From positions 21,026 to 85,025 of the forward strand of contig JBJMHS010000074.1 in assembly GCA_045807245.1 (NCBI GenBank): a stretch of DNA of 64,000 bases, written 5' to 3'. Source of the DNA: Actinomycetales bacterium (lineage in GTDB: Bacteria > Actinomycetota > Actinomycetes > Actinomycetales > CAVURS01). How positions within the stretch are numbered: the first letter of the stretch is position 1; every line of letters begins with the position of its first letter. Positions 42,816 through 51,869 of the stretch are shown piece by piece. A model generated the notes under the pieces. That model was not told the DNA's origin, made no database searches, and saw only the letters and a list, made by a program, of their open reading frames with translations. Both the position numbers and the translations under genes were made by a program.

Positions 42816-43697
42816 TCAGGCGCCCTGCATGATCTCGCGCATCAGCTGCGCCGTCGCGCTCGGCGTCCGGCCCACGCGCACACCGGCCGCCTCGAGCGCC
42901 TCGGCCTTCGCGGCTGCCGTGCCGGACGAGCCGGAGACGATGGCGCCGGCGTGGCCCATCGTCTTGCCCTCGGGCGCCGTGAACCCGGCGACGTAGCCGA
43001 CGACCGGCTTGGTCACGTGCTCGGAGATGTACGCCGCTGCGCGTTCCTCGGCGTCGCCGCCGATCTCGCCGATCATCACGACGGCGTCGGTCTCGGGGTC
43101 GTCCTGGAACGCCGCCAGCGCGTCGATGTGCGTCGTACCGATCACCGGGTCGCCACCGATGCCGATGGCGGTCGAGAACCCGAAGTCCCGCAGCTCGTAC
43201 ATCATCTGGTAGGTCAGCGTGCCGGACTTCGACACCAGGCCGATCCGGCCCGGCCCGGTGATGTCGGCCGGGATGATGCCGGCGTTGCTCTGCCCGGGGC
43301 TGATCAGGCCCGGGCAGTTCGGCCCGACGATCCGCGTGCCCTTGCCCTGCGCGTAGGCCCAGAACCAGGTGGAGTCGTGCACCGGGATGCCCTCGGTGAT
43401 CACGACGGCCAGCGGCATCTCGGCGTCGATGGCTTCGACGACCGCGTCCTTGGCGAAGGGTGGCGGGACGAAGAGCACCGACACGTCGGCCCCGGTCTCC
43501 TTCATCGCCTCGACGACGGTGCCGTACACCGGCAGCGTCGTGCCGTTGGAGTCGACCGACGTACCGGCCTTGCGCGCGTTGACGCCTCCGACCACGTTGG
43601 TGCCGGACGCGAGCATCCGCGCAGTGTGCTTGGAACCCTCCGACCCTGTCATGCCCTGCACGATGACCTTGGACTCCTTGCTCAGGAAGATCGCCAT
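42816..43697 (-). CDS. sucD: Succinate--CoA ligase subunit alpha
   Basis: [22 protein letters not shown] and the overall sequence. Confidence 0.93.
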   Translation of the reverse strand: MAIFLSKESKVIVQGMTGSEGSKHTARMLASGTNVVGGVNARKAGTSVDSNGTTLPVYGTVVEAMKETGADVSVLFVPPPFAKDAVVEAIDAEMPLAVVITEGIPVHDSTWFWAYAQGKGTRIVGPNCPGLISPGQSNAGIIPADITGPGRIGLVSKSGTLTYQMMYELRDFGFSTAIGIGGDPVIGTTHIDALAAFQDDPETDAVVMIGEIGGDAEERAAAYISEHVTKPVVGYVAGFTAPEGKTMGHAGAIVSGSSGTAAAKAEALEAAGVRVGRTPSATAQLMREIMQGA

Positions 43698-43699
43698 GG

Positions 43700-44881
43700 T
43701 CAGACCCCCGCGCTCGCCAGTCGTGCGGCCTGGTCGGCCCCGTCATCCATCGTCTGCGCCAACGTCACGAGCGGATGGGCGGCGTCGGCCAGGATGCGGC
43801 GCCCCTCCTCGACGTTGTTCCCATCGAGCCGTACGACGAGTGGTTTGGTGGCGGCTTCACCGAGAATCCCTAGTGCCGCAACGATTCCGTTGGCAACCTC
43901 GTCGCACGCCGTGATGCCGCCGAACACGTTGACGAACACGGCCCGGACGTCCCCGTCGGACAGGATGATGTCGAGCCCGTTGGCCATGACCTCCGCCGAG
44001 GCGCCGCCGCCGATGTCAAGGAAGTTGGCCGGCCGCACACCGCCGTGCCGCTCGCCCGCGTAGGCGACGACGTCGAGCGTCGACATCACCAGACCGGCAC
44101 CGTTCCCGATGATGCCGACCTCGCCGTCGAGCTTCACGTAGTTGAGATCCTTGGCCTTGGCCCGGGCCTCGAGCGGGTCGCCGGGCTCGGCCTCGGCCAG
44201 GTCGGCGTTGCCTGGCTGGCGGAACGACGCGTTCTCGTCGAGCGTCACCTTGCCGTCCAGGGCCCGCACCGAGGAGCCGCCGTCGCTCTCCCCCACCTTG
44301 GCCAGTGGGTTGACCTCGAGCAGGGTGGCGTCGGCGCCGACGAAGCAGTCCCAGAGCCTGACCAGTACGGCGGTGACCTCGTCGGCGACGTCGTCCGCGA
44401 AGTGCGCCGCGGCCACGATCTCGCGGGCCATCGGCTCGTCGACGCCGGTGAGCGCGTCGACCGGGACCTTGGCCAGTGCTTCCGGCCGCTCGACGGCGAG
44501 CTGCTCGATGTCCATGCCGCCCTCCGCCGACGCCATGGCCAGGAAGGTCCGGCCGGCGCGGTCGAGGAGGTAGGACACGTAGTACTCGGCCTGGATGTCC
44601 GCGCCCGGGTCGACCAGGACGCGGCGCACGGTGTGGCCCTTGATGTCCATGCCGAGGATCTGCCCGGCCAGCTCGCCGGCCTCGTCGGCCGTCTTGGCGA
44701 CCTTCACCCCGCCGGCCTTGCCGCGGCCCCCGACCTTGACCTGGGCCTTGACGACGGTGACGCCGCCGATGGCCTCGGCCGCTGCCCGGGCCTCGTCCGG
44801 GGTCGTTGCCACCTGACCGAGCGAGACGGGCACGCCGTACCGGTCGAAGACCTGCTTTGCCTGGTACTCGAAGAGATCCAC
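43700..44881 (-). CDS. sucC: Succinate--CoA ligase (ADP-forming) subunit beta
   Basis: [11 protein letters not shown] start, ATP-grasp fold and the C-terminal CoA-ligase domain. GTG start at 44881. Confidence 0.93.
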   Translation of the reverse strand: MDLFEYQAKQVFDRYGVPVSLGQVATTPDEARAAAEAIGGVTVVKAQVKVGGRGKAGGVKVAKTADEAGELAGQILGMDIKGHTVRRVLVDPGADIQAEYYVSYLLDRAGRTFLAMASAEGGMDIEQLAVERPEALAKVPVDALTGVDEPMAREIVAAAHFADDVADEVTAVLVRLWDCFVGADATLLEVNPLAKVGESDGGSSVRALDGKVTLDENASFRQPGNADLAEAEPGDPLEARAKAKDLNYVKLDGEVGIIGNGAGLVMSTLDVVAYAGERHGGVRPANFLDIGGGASAEVMANGLDIILSDGDVRAVFVNVFGGITACDEVANGIVAALGILGEAATKPLVVRLDGNNVEEGRRILADAAHPLVTLAQTMDDGADQAARLASAGV

Positions 44882-44990
44882 TGACCATCCGTCCTAGGTC
44901 CGAAAAGGTCCGAAACCGAGCCCCGAGAGCCTATCCCCGCCACACCAGGCAGCCGATACGGCGCTGTTCACCTCACCGGTCGACGAGCAG

Positions 44991-45407
44991 TCAGTCCAGC
45001 TGGACGTTGCTGCGCACCCACTCGACGATGTCCTGCGTCGGCGCCCCGGGCGTGAAGACCCGCGCGACACCCATGCGCTGGAGCTCGGGCAGGTCGGCCT
45101 CGGGGATGATCCCGCCGCCGAAGACCACGATGTCGCCGGCGTCGCGCTCCCGGAGCAGCTCGATCACCCGCGCGAACAACGTCATGTGCGCCCCGGACAG
45201 GACGGACAGGCCGACGGCGTCCGCGTCCTCCTGGATGGCCGCCTCGACGATCTGCTCGGGCGTCTGGTGCAGCCCGGTGTAGATGACCTCCATGCCGGCG
45301 TCCCGCAGCGCCCGCGCGACGACCTTGGCCCCGCGGTCGTGGCCGTCGAGCCCGGGTTTCGCGACGACGACCCGGATGGGACGGGGACCGGCTGCGGTGG
45401 CGGGCAT
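44991..45407 (-). CDS. Stand-alone cobalamin-binding subunit of an acyl-CoA mutase
   Basis: 138 aa. [19 protein letters not shown] contains the DxHxxG B12-binding motif, and the Rossmann-like remainder matches mutase C-terminal domains. Confidence 0.85.
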   Translation of the reverse strand: MPATAAGPRPIRVVVAKPGLDGHDRGAKVVARALRDAGMEVIYTGLHQTPEQIVEAAIQEDADAVGLSVLSGAHMTLFARVIELLRERDAGDIVVFGGGIIPEADLPELQRMGVARVFTPGAPTQDIVEWVRSNVQLD

Positions 45408-45547
45408 GACCGCAGGTTACGCCGCGCGCTGGGCTCGAGCGGGCGCCGTGTGAGCACGTGGCAGCCGGGGGTGACGACCGACACGCCGTACGGGGGATGG
45501 CGCGGATCCGGCCTGCGCGGCCGGCCGGCCCGGGCTACGTTCACGGC

Positions 45548-46411
45548 ATGTCGTCAGATCGGCGCCGCCTGCCCGGCCGAGCCCTGCTTTCCGCGGCCGG
45601 GCTGCGGGGAGCGGCCCGGGAGGCGGTGTGGGTCGGGGCGCACGTGACGACGTACCCGCTCGGCCTGATCAGTGGCCGGCGGTGGGACCGCGACCCGGGG
45701 TACGCCGTGGGGTCGCTGCCGCCGGTGCAGCGCGGCCTGGTCGTGGGCGACGTCGAGGCCGCCGGGACGCCGATCCTGTTGCTGCACGGGATGGTGGACA
45801 ACCGGTCGATCTTCACCGTGCTGCGCCGCGGGCTGGTGCGTCGTGGGTTCGGCCAGGTGGTGCCGGTCAACTACTCCCCGCTCACCATGGACGTCCGGGT
45901 CGCGGCCCGCCGCCTGGCCGAGCGGGTCGAGGAGGTCGTTGCCAGCACGGGCTACCGCCGGGTGCACATGGTCGGGCACAGCCTCGGCGGGCTGGTCGCC
46001 CGGTACTACGTACAACGCCTGGGCGGTGACTTGAGGGTGCACACGCTCGTGACGTTGGGCACGCCGCACAGCGGGACGTTCCCGGCATACCTCCTGCCGC
46101 TCCGGCTCGGCCGGCAGCTGCGTCCCGGCAGCGACCTGATGACCGAGCTGGCCAGCCCGGCGCCGGGCTGCCGCACGCGGTTCCTGGCCTACTGGTCCGA
46201 CCTGGACCAGATGATGGTCCCCAAGACGGCCGCCATGCTGCAGCATCCTGACCTTTCCGCGCGCAATGTCCGGGTCCGAGACGTCGGGCACCTGTCCTTC
46301 GCGATCGACCGCCGGGTGGTGCACGAGATCGGCGTCGAGCTGGCCCAGCTGGACACCGAGGGCCGCACCGTCGAGCCTGGCGTGGCCGTTCTCGGCCACG
46401 GAAACGCGTAG
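45548..46411 (+). CDS. Alpha/beta hydrolase (lipase/esterase-like)
   Basis: Nucleophile elbow GHSLGG and PILLLHG. ATG at 45548. Confidence 0.7.
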   Translation: MSSDRRRLPGRALLSAAGLRGAAREAVWVGAHVTTYPLGLISGRRWDRDPGYAVGSLPPVQRGLVVGDVEAAGTPILLLHGMVDNRSIFTVLRRGLVRRGFGQVVPVNYSPLTMDVRVAARRLAERVEEVVASTGYRRVHMVGHSLGGLVARYYVQRLGGDLRVHTLVTLGTPHSGTFPAYLLPLRLGRQLRPGSDLMTELASPAPGCRTRFLAYWSDLDQMMVPKTAAMLQHPDLSARNVRVRDVGHLSFAIDRRVVHEIGVELAQLDTEGRTVEPGVAVLGHGNA

Positions 46412-46456
46412 TCGGCTCCTCGACCACCGCAGCCTCCGTCCGTTACTGTCGTGCGC

Positions 46457-46478
46457 GCGGCGCCTCCCCCGGCGCCGC
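46457..46478 (+). terminator. Perfect 8-bp GC hairpin after the hydrolase gene
   Basis: GCGGCGCC (46457-46464), loop TCCCCC, GGCGCCGC (46471-46478). No U-tract. Confidence 0.35.
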
Positions 46479-46526
46479 TCCCGCACATCAGCCGTCTTGC
46501 CCATCCCTGTCGCCCGGAGGGTCTCT

Positions 46527-47303
46527 GTGACATCCGCCGCGTCCAGCCGCGCCCATCGCGTGGCTCCGGCGCCGTACGTCGGGCGTCGCCGGGCGGCTCC
46601 CACCAAGGCTCCTCGTCCGGTCACCCTCGGCGGCACCGCGGTCCCCGCGACCGCGGCGGCGGCCCTGAGCCTGGTGGCGACGGGCGTCGGTGTGGTGGCC
46701 AGCATCGACGGCGCGGCCGTCGCGGAGGGGCAGACCTCCGACACGGACACCGGGACCACGGTCACCTTGGCGTCGGTCCGTGATGTCCAGGCCGTGCCGG
46801 CGGACGTGTCGGCCGAGCTGACCATGCGGCACCAGCGGGCCAGCCTGCAGTCCAGCCGCCACCTGCAGCGCGCCCGGCTGGAGCAGGCCGCCGCCCTGAA
46901 GGCCGCGGTCGAGCACCGCTGGGTGCTGCCCGTCGTCCACTACGTCAAGACCTCGGGCTTCGGCTACCGATGGGGCTCGCTGCACGCCGGCGAGGACTTC
47001 GCGGCACCGGTCGGCACACCGGTCCGCGCCATCTCCAGCGGCGTCGTCGTGTTCGCAGCGGTCGAGAGCGGCTACGGCAACAAGGTGGAGATCCGGCACT
47101 GGGACGGCACGGTCAGCTGGTACGGCCACCTGTCCAGGATCGACGTCAAGGTCGGCGAGCGCGTCGACCCGGGGGAAGGGATCGGCGCCGTCGGCTCCAC
47201 CGGCTTCTCCACCGGTCCGCACCTGCACCTGGAGATCCACCCTGACGGCAAGGGCCCGGTCGACCCGCTGCCCTGGCTGCGGGCGCACGGCCTCAAGCCC
47301 TGA
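46527..47303 (+). CDS. M23-family metallopeptidase
   Basis: HAGEDFAAPVGTPV, GYGNKVEIRH and STGPHLHLEI (the HxxxD / HxH zinc motifs). The GTG at 46527 has a GGAGG SD. Confidence 0.8.
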   Translation: MTSAASSRAHRVAPAPYVGRRRAAPTKAPRPVTLGGTAVPATAAAALSLVATGVGVVASIDGAAVAEGQTSDTDTGTTVTLASVRDVQAVPADVSAELTMRHQRASLQSSRHLQRARLEQAAALKAAVEHRWVLPVVHYVKTSGFGYRWGSLHAGEDFAAPVGTPVRAISSGVVVFAAVESGYGNKVEIRHWDGTVSWYGHLSRIDVKVGERVDPGEGIGAVGSTGFSTGPHLHLEIHPDGKGPVDPLPWLRAHGLKP

Positions 47304-47362
47304 GCGTCACGTCCTAAGCGTCATGTCCTAAGCGTCAGGTCCTGAGCGTCACGTACTGAGCG
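47303..47362. repeat. 4.3 tandem copies of a 14-bp unit AGCGTCAYGTCCTR
   Basis: Copies at 47303-47316, 47317-47330, 47331-47344 and 47345-47358, plus AGCG. The repeat begins in the M23 stop codon and contains the GNAT stop (47349-47351). Confidence 0.85.
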
Positions 47363-47903
47363 CGCGACGCATCTCGAGCTCGCGCTGGCTCGGGTCCAGG
47401 TCGTAGGGGCGAGTGCTTGCCGTCAGCTCGAACCCTCGTCGGGCGTAGAACGCCTGTGCCCGGCCGTTGTCCTCGTGCACCTCGAGGTACAGCTCCGCCT
47501 TGCCCTGGGCGACGGCCCACTCGTCGACGGCGTCGAGCATCGCGTCAGCAACACCGAGGTCACGCCCGCGGTAGTCCGGTGCGACGTACACCGCGACCAC
47601 CCAGGTGCGCCCGCGCTCCACATCGGTGTACGCGCTCATGGTGCCGACGAACCGGTCCTCGTCGCGGTCGACCGCGATGACCCCGATGCTGCCGGGGAAG
47701 GCCGCGCGCCGGGCCCGGAACCGCCACTCCGCCTCGTCGGCGGCCTGCGCGTCGGCGAGCGCCTCGACGTACGCCGTGGGGCTGTCGGCGAGCATCTCGA
47801 GCCGGAGCTCTCGTTGCCGCTGCCAGTCCTCCTCGGCCATCGGGACGACGGCGATGGTGCGCGTACGGGTCATGCTCCACGATCCCGGCCGGCTCAGCCC
47901 CAC
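47349..47903 (-). CDS. GNAT-family N-acetyltransferase
   Basis: VAPDYRGRDLGVADAMLDAV is the acetyl-CoA-binding Q/RxxGxG/A region. The start is uncertain (47903 GTG, 47873 ATG or 47840 ATG). Confidence 0.7.
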   Translation of the reverse strand: MGLSRPGSWSMTRTRTIAVVPMAEEDWQRQRELRLEMLADSPTAYVEALADAQAADEAEWRFRARRAAFPGSIGVIAVDRDEDRFVGTMSAYTDVERGRTWVVAVYVAPDYRGRDLGVADAMLDAVDEWAVAQGKAELYLEVHEDNGRAQAFYARRGFELTASTRPYDLDPSQRELEMRRALST

Positions 47904-47931
47904 GACAACGGGTTTTCGTCGTACCCCGTCG

Positions 47932-50301
47932 TCAGAGCTTCTCGACCGGGGCGTAGCGCAGCAGCAGCCGCTTCACGCCCAGGTCGCGGAACTCCACGTG
48001 CGCCATCGTGCCGTCGCCACTGCCCTCGACCTGGACGACCGTCCCGAGCCCGAACGTGTCGTGCGTGACGCGGTCGCCGGGCTCGAGCTGGATGACCGGC
48101 CGGTTGCCCGGCGACCGTACGCCGGGCCGCTGGGCGAGGCGCGCGATGGCCGGCGTGTTGCCGGTCGGCCGGCGAGCACTCGTCTCGCGCCGACGCCAGT
48201 GGACCAGGTCGTCGGGGATCTCGTCGAGGAAGCGGGACGGCGGGTTGTACTGCGGCGCCCCCCAGGCTGACCGGACGCCGGCCCGGCTCAGGTAGAGACG
48301 TTCCCGCGCGCGGGTGATGCCGACGTACGCGAGCCGGCGCTCCTCCTCCAGCTCCCCCGGGTCGGTCAGGGCCCGCAGGTGCGGGAAGACGCCCTCCTCC
48401 AGCCCGGTGAGGAACACGACGGGAAACTCCAGGCCCTTGGCCGTGTGCAGGGTCATCAGCGACACCACGCCGGGGTCGACATGGGGTGCGAGCTCGTCGG
48501 CGCCGTCGCTGAACGCCTCGTCGGGCACCTCGTCGGCGTCGGCCACCAGTGACACGCCCTCGAGGAAGTCGGTCAGCGTCCCTTCCGGCTGCGCCTCCTC
48601 GAACTCCCGGGCGACGGCGACGAGCTCGGCCAGGTTCTCCACCCGGCCCTCGTCCTGCGGGTCCCCGCTCTGCGCCAGCTCGGCCAGGTAGCCGGTCTGC
48701 TCCAGGATCGCCTCCAGCGTGGTCGCCGGCCCGGCGCCCGCGTCGGCCACGGTCGCCAGCGCCTCGAGCAGCCTGGTGAACGCCGTGATCGCGTGGAGGC
48801 TGCGGGTCGCCAGCCCCGGTGCCTCGTCGGCACGGGCGAGCGCCTCGACGAAGGCGATCCGCTCCCGCTCGGACAACGCGACGAGCGCCGCCTCCGCCCG
48901 GTCGCCGATACCGCGCTTGGGCACGTTGAGGATCCGGCGCAGGTTGACCGTGTCCGCCGGGTTGGCCAGCACGCGCAGATAGGCCAGAGCGTCCTTGACC
49001 TCGCGCCGCTCGTAGAAGCGGGTGCCACCGATCAGCTTGTACGGCAGCTTGGCCCGGACGAAGACCTCCTCCAGGACCCGGGACTGCGCGTTGGTGCGGT
49101 AGAACACCGCGACGTCGCCCGGCCGCACCCCGCTCCTCTCCGTCAGCCGCTGCACCTCGGTCGCGACGAAGCTGGCCTCGTCGTGCTCGTTGTCGGCCAC
49201 GTACGCCACGAGCGGCTCACCGTTGCCGGCCGAGGTCCAGAGGTTCTTGGGCTTGCGGCCCGGGTTCTTGGCGATGACCGCGTTGGCGGCGCTGAGGATG
49301 GTCTGGGTCGAGCGGTAGTTCTGTTCCAGCAGGATCGCTTTCGCGTTCGGGTAGTCGTCCTCGAACTCCGCGATGTTGCGGATGGTTGCCCCACGGAAAG
49401 CGTAGATGGACTGGTCCGCGTCACCTACGACGACGAGCTCGCCCGGGGGAAGGTCCGCCGTACCGGGCCCGACCAGCTCGCGGACCAGCACGTACTGCGC
49501 GTGGTTCGTGTCCTGGTACTCGTCGACCATGACGTGCCGGAACCGGCGGCGGTAGTGCTCCGCCACGTCCGGGAACGCCTGCAGGATGTTGACCGTCGTC
49601 ATGATCAGGTCGTCGAAGTCCAAGGCGTTGGCCTGGCGCAGCCGCTGCTGGTACATGCGGTACGCCTCGGCGAGCATCCGCTCGGTGTGGTTTCCCGAGT
49701 CCTCGGAGCCCACCCGCGCGGCGTACGACTCCTCGTCGACCAGCTCGTTCTTGAGGTTCGACACCTGGGCGGAGAAGCTGCGCGGCGGGTACCGCTTCGG
49801 GTCCAGGTCGAGCTCGCGCAGGACCAGCGCCATCATTCGCTGGGAGTCCGCAGCGTCGTAGATCGAGAACGAGGACCGGAGGCCGACAGCGCCTGCCTCT
49901 CGCCGAAGGATGCGGACGCACGCGGAGTGGAACGTCGAGACCCACATGCGGTTGGCCCGCGGGCCGACCAGGCCGACCACCCGCTCGCGCATCTCGCCCG
50001 CGGCCTTGTTGGTGAACGTGATGGCCAGGACCTCGCTGGGGCGGACGCCGCGCGCGGCCAGCAGGTAGGCGATGCGGTGGGTCAGCACCCGGGTCTTGCC
50101 CGAGCCGGCGCCGGCGATGATGAGCAGCGGACCGCCCTGGTGGACCACCGCCTCGCGCTGTTGCGGGTTCAGGCCCTCGAGCAGCTGCTCGGGGTCCGTG
50201 TCCAGGTCCGGCGGAGGCTGCGGGGCCGCCGAGGAGCGGATCTCCTGGTCGGTCAGGAAGTCCGGGCCGGGCACAGGCAGGTCGTCGAAGAGGGTGCTCA
50301 T
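47932..50301 (-). CDS. pcrA: ATP-dependent DNA helicase PcrA/UvrD
   Basis: AGAGSGKT (Walker A), VDEYQDTN, the other SF1 motifs and the C-terminal domain. 789 aa. Confidence 0.92.
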   Translation of the reverse strand: MSTLFDDLPVPGPDFLTDQEIRSSAAPQPPPDLDTDPEQLLEGLNPQQREAVVHQGGPLLIIAGAGSGKTRVLTHRIAYLLAARGVRPSEVLAITFTNKAAGEMRERVVGLVGPRANRMWVSTFHSACVRILRREAGAVGLRSSFSIYDAADSQRMMALVLRELDLDPKRYPPRSFSAQVSNLKNELVDEESYAARVGSEDSGNHTERMLAEAYRMYQQRLRQANALDFDDLIMTTVNILQAFPDVAEHYRRRFRHVMVDEYQDTNHAQYVLVRELVGPGTADLPPGELVVVGDADQSIYAFRGATIRNIAEFEDDYPNAKAILLEQNYRSTQTILSAANAVIAKNPGRKPKNLWTSAGNGEPLVAYVADNEHDEASFVATEVQRLTERSGVRPGDVAVFYRTNAQSRVLEEVFVRAKLPYKLIGGTRFYERREVKDALAYLRVLANPADTVNLRRILNVPKRGIGDRAEAALVALSERERIAFVEALARADEAPGLATRSLHAITAFTRLLEALATVADAGAGPATTLEAILEQTGYLAELAQSGDPQDEGRVENLAELVAVAREFEEAQPEGTLTDFLEGVSLVADADEVPDEAFSDGADELAPHVDPGVVSLMTLHTAKGLEFPVVFLTGLEEGVFPHLRALTDPGELEEERRLAYVGITRARERLYLSRAGVRSAWGAPQYNPPSRFLDEIPDDLVHWRRRETSARRPTGNTPAIARLAQRPGVRSPGNRPVIQLEPGDRVTHDTFGLGTVVQVEGSGDGTMAHVEFRDLGVKRLLLRYAPVEKL

Positions 50302-50362
50302 CTCCCGTCCACCCTACGTGGCCGGTACGACGCGATGGGGCCGCCTGATTAGGCTGCCGCGC

Positions 50363-51088
50363 GTGGTTATCGCGGACGCGGAGGTCGGCCGGGCGCTGGT
50401 CGTCGTTGCCCACCCGGACGACATCGACTTCGGTGCGGGCGGCACGGTGGCGGCGTGGGCCGATGCGGGCATCGAGGTCACCGAGCTGCTGGTCACGCGC
50501 GGGGACGCGGGTGGCTTCGACGACACGCCACGCTCGGCGATGCCCGAGCTACGCGAGACCGAGCAGCGGGCGGCCGCGGCGGAGCTTGGTGTGTCCGACG
50601 TACGGTTCCTGGACGGGTACGCCGACGGGCTGGTGAGCCCGTCGCAGTCGTTGGTGCGCGACATCGTGCGGGTGATCCGGCAGGTCCGGCCGACGCGGAT
50701 CCTGACCAGCAGCCCGGAGCGGTGGTGGGAGCGGCTCGGCGCCTCGCATCCGGACCATCTCGCGACCGGTGAGGCGACGGTGCGGGCCATCTACCCGGCC
50801 GCGCGCAACCCGTTCGCCTTCCCCGAGCTGCTGGCCGACGAGGGGCTCGACGCCTGGACCGTGGCCGAGCTCTGGCTGATGGCCGACCCGCAGTCGGACC
50901 ACCCGGTCGACACGACGGCGACCTTCGCGCGCAAGATGGCGGCCCTCGAGGCGCACGTCAGCCAGACCGGGCACGAGGCCGACCTGGAGGACAGGCTCCG
51001 CAGCTGGTCCGCGGCCGTGGCCGCCCGGCACGGCCTGCCCGACGGCCGTCTCGCCGAGGCCTTCCGGGTGATCGCCCTCCCCCCGTAG
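50363..51088 (+). CDS. PIG-L (LmbE-like) family deacetylase
   Basis: VVAHPDDIDFGAGG and HPDH motifs. The GTG at 50363 is preceded by a TAGGCT -10-like hexamer 7 nt upstream, so the transcript may be leaderless. Confidence 0.75.
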   Translation: MVIADAEVGRALVVVAHPDDIDFGAGGTVAAWADAGIEVTELLVTRGDAGGFDDTPRSAMPELRETEQRAAAAELGVSDVRFLDGYADGLVSPSQSLVRDIVRVIRQVRPTRILTSSPERWWERLGASHPDHLATGEATVRAIYPAARNPFAFPELLADEGLDAWTVAELWLMADPQSDHPVDTTATFARKMAALEAHVSQTGHEADLEDRLRSWSAAVAARHGLPDGRLAEAFRVIALPP

Positions 51089-51091
51089 CCA

Positions 51092-51206
51092 CCCGTCGTA
51101 CCCCTCGAATGCCGCTTTGCCCTCCGAAGGCCGGGTCGAGCCGCGTTTTAGGCCTCCGGCAACGGCTTTCGAGGGGTAAACCGGCTTTCGGGGGGCACGC
51201 AAACTG
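51092..51206. repeat. REP-like structured intergenic element, copy 2
   Basis: It has the same head (CCGTCGTACCCC) and the same units as 10364-10455, with two forward and two inverse units. It fills the gap between two convergent stop codons. Confidence 0.5.
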
Positions 51207-51208
51207 GG

Positions 51209-51865
51209 TTAGAGGAGGCGGCGGTCGGCGGCCCAGCGGGTGAGCTCGTGCCGGCTGGACAGCTGGAGCTTGCGCAGCACGGACGACACGTGCGTCTCGA
51301 CGGTCTTGACCGAGATGAACAGCTCCTTCGCGACCTCCTTGTACGCGTAGCCGCGCGCGATCAGCCGCATCACCTCGCGCTCGCGCGCACTGAGCCGGTC
51401 CATCTCCTCGTCCACGACGGCCAGGTCCCCCGCACCGGTCCCGAACGCGTCCAGCACGAACCCGGCCAGCCGCGGCGAGAACACCGCGTCCCCGCCGGCC
51501 ACCCGGCGTACCGCGTTGGACAGCTCGTCGCCGTCGACCGTCTTGGTGACGTAGCCCCGCGCCCCGGCGCGGATGACCGCGATCACGTCCTCGGCCGCGT
51601 CCGAGACGCTCAGCGCCAGGAACCGCACGGGCTCGCCGGCCTGCGTCGTCAGCCCCGCCGACCGGACCAGCACCTCGGCCCCGCCACCGCCGTCACCGCC
51701 GGGCAGGTGCACGTCGAGCAGGACCACGTCCGGCCGCTCCCGCGCGACCACCTCGACGGCGCTCTCCACCGTGTCGGCTTCACCGACCACGTCGAGGTCG
51801 CGGGCCAGCTCGGCGCGCACCCCGGTCCGGAACATCCGGTGGTCGTCGACCAGTACGACGCGCAT
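51209..51865 (-). CDS. NarL/LuxR-family response regulator
   Basis: A receiver domain (MRVVLVDDH...VVLLDVHLPG) plus a LuxR HTH. The ATG at 51865 lies 4 nt after the kinase stop. Confidence 0.88.
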   Translation of the reverse strand: MRVVLVDDHRMFRTGVRAELARDLDVVGEADTVESAVEVVARERPDVVLLDVHLPGGDGGGGAEVLVRSAGLTTQAGEPVRFLALSVSDAAEDVIAVIRAGARGYVTKTVDGDELSNAVRRVAGGDAVFSPRLAGFVLDAFGTGAGDLAVVDEEMDRLSAREREVMRLIARGYAYKEVAKELFISVKTVETHVSSVLRKLQLSSRHELTRWAADRRLL

Positions 51866-51869
51866 CCGC

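Noticed and set aside
46412-46526. Cyclic-di-AMP (ydaO-type) riboswitch upstream of the M23 peptidase gene
   Set aside because: Only a single 8-bp GC hairpin is evident (46457-46478). The region is short and lacks the pseudo-two-fold architecture I would expect. The hairpin is more simply a terminator for the upstream hydrolase gene.
47303-47362. CRISPR-like array (also considered for 12886-12921)
   Set aside because: The units are 12-14 bp and directly abutting, with no spacers, and there are no cas genes in the window. These are simple tandem repeats.
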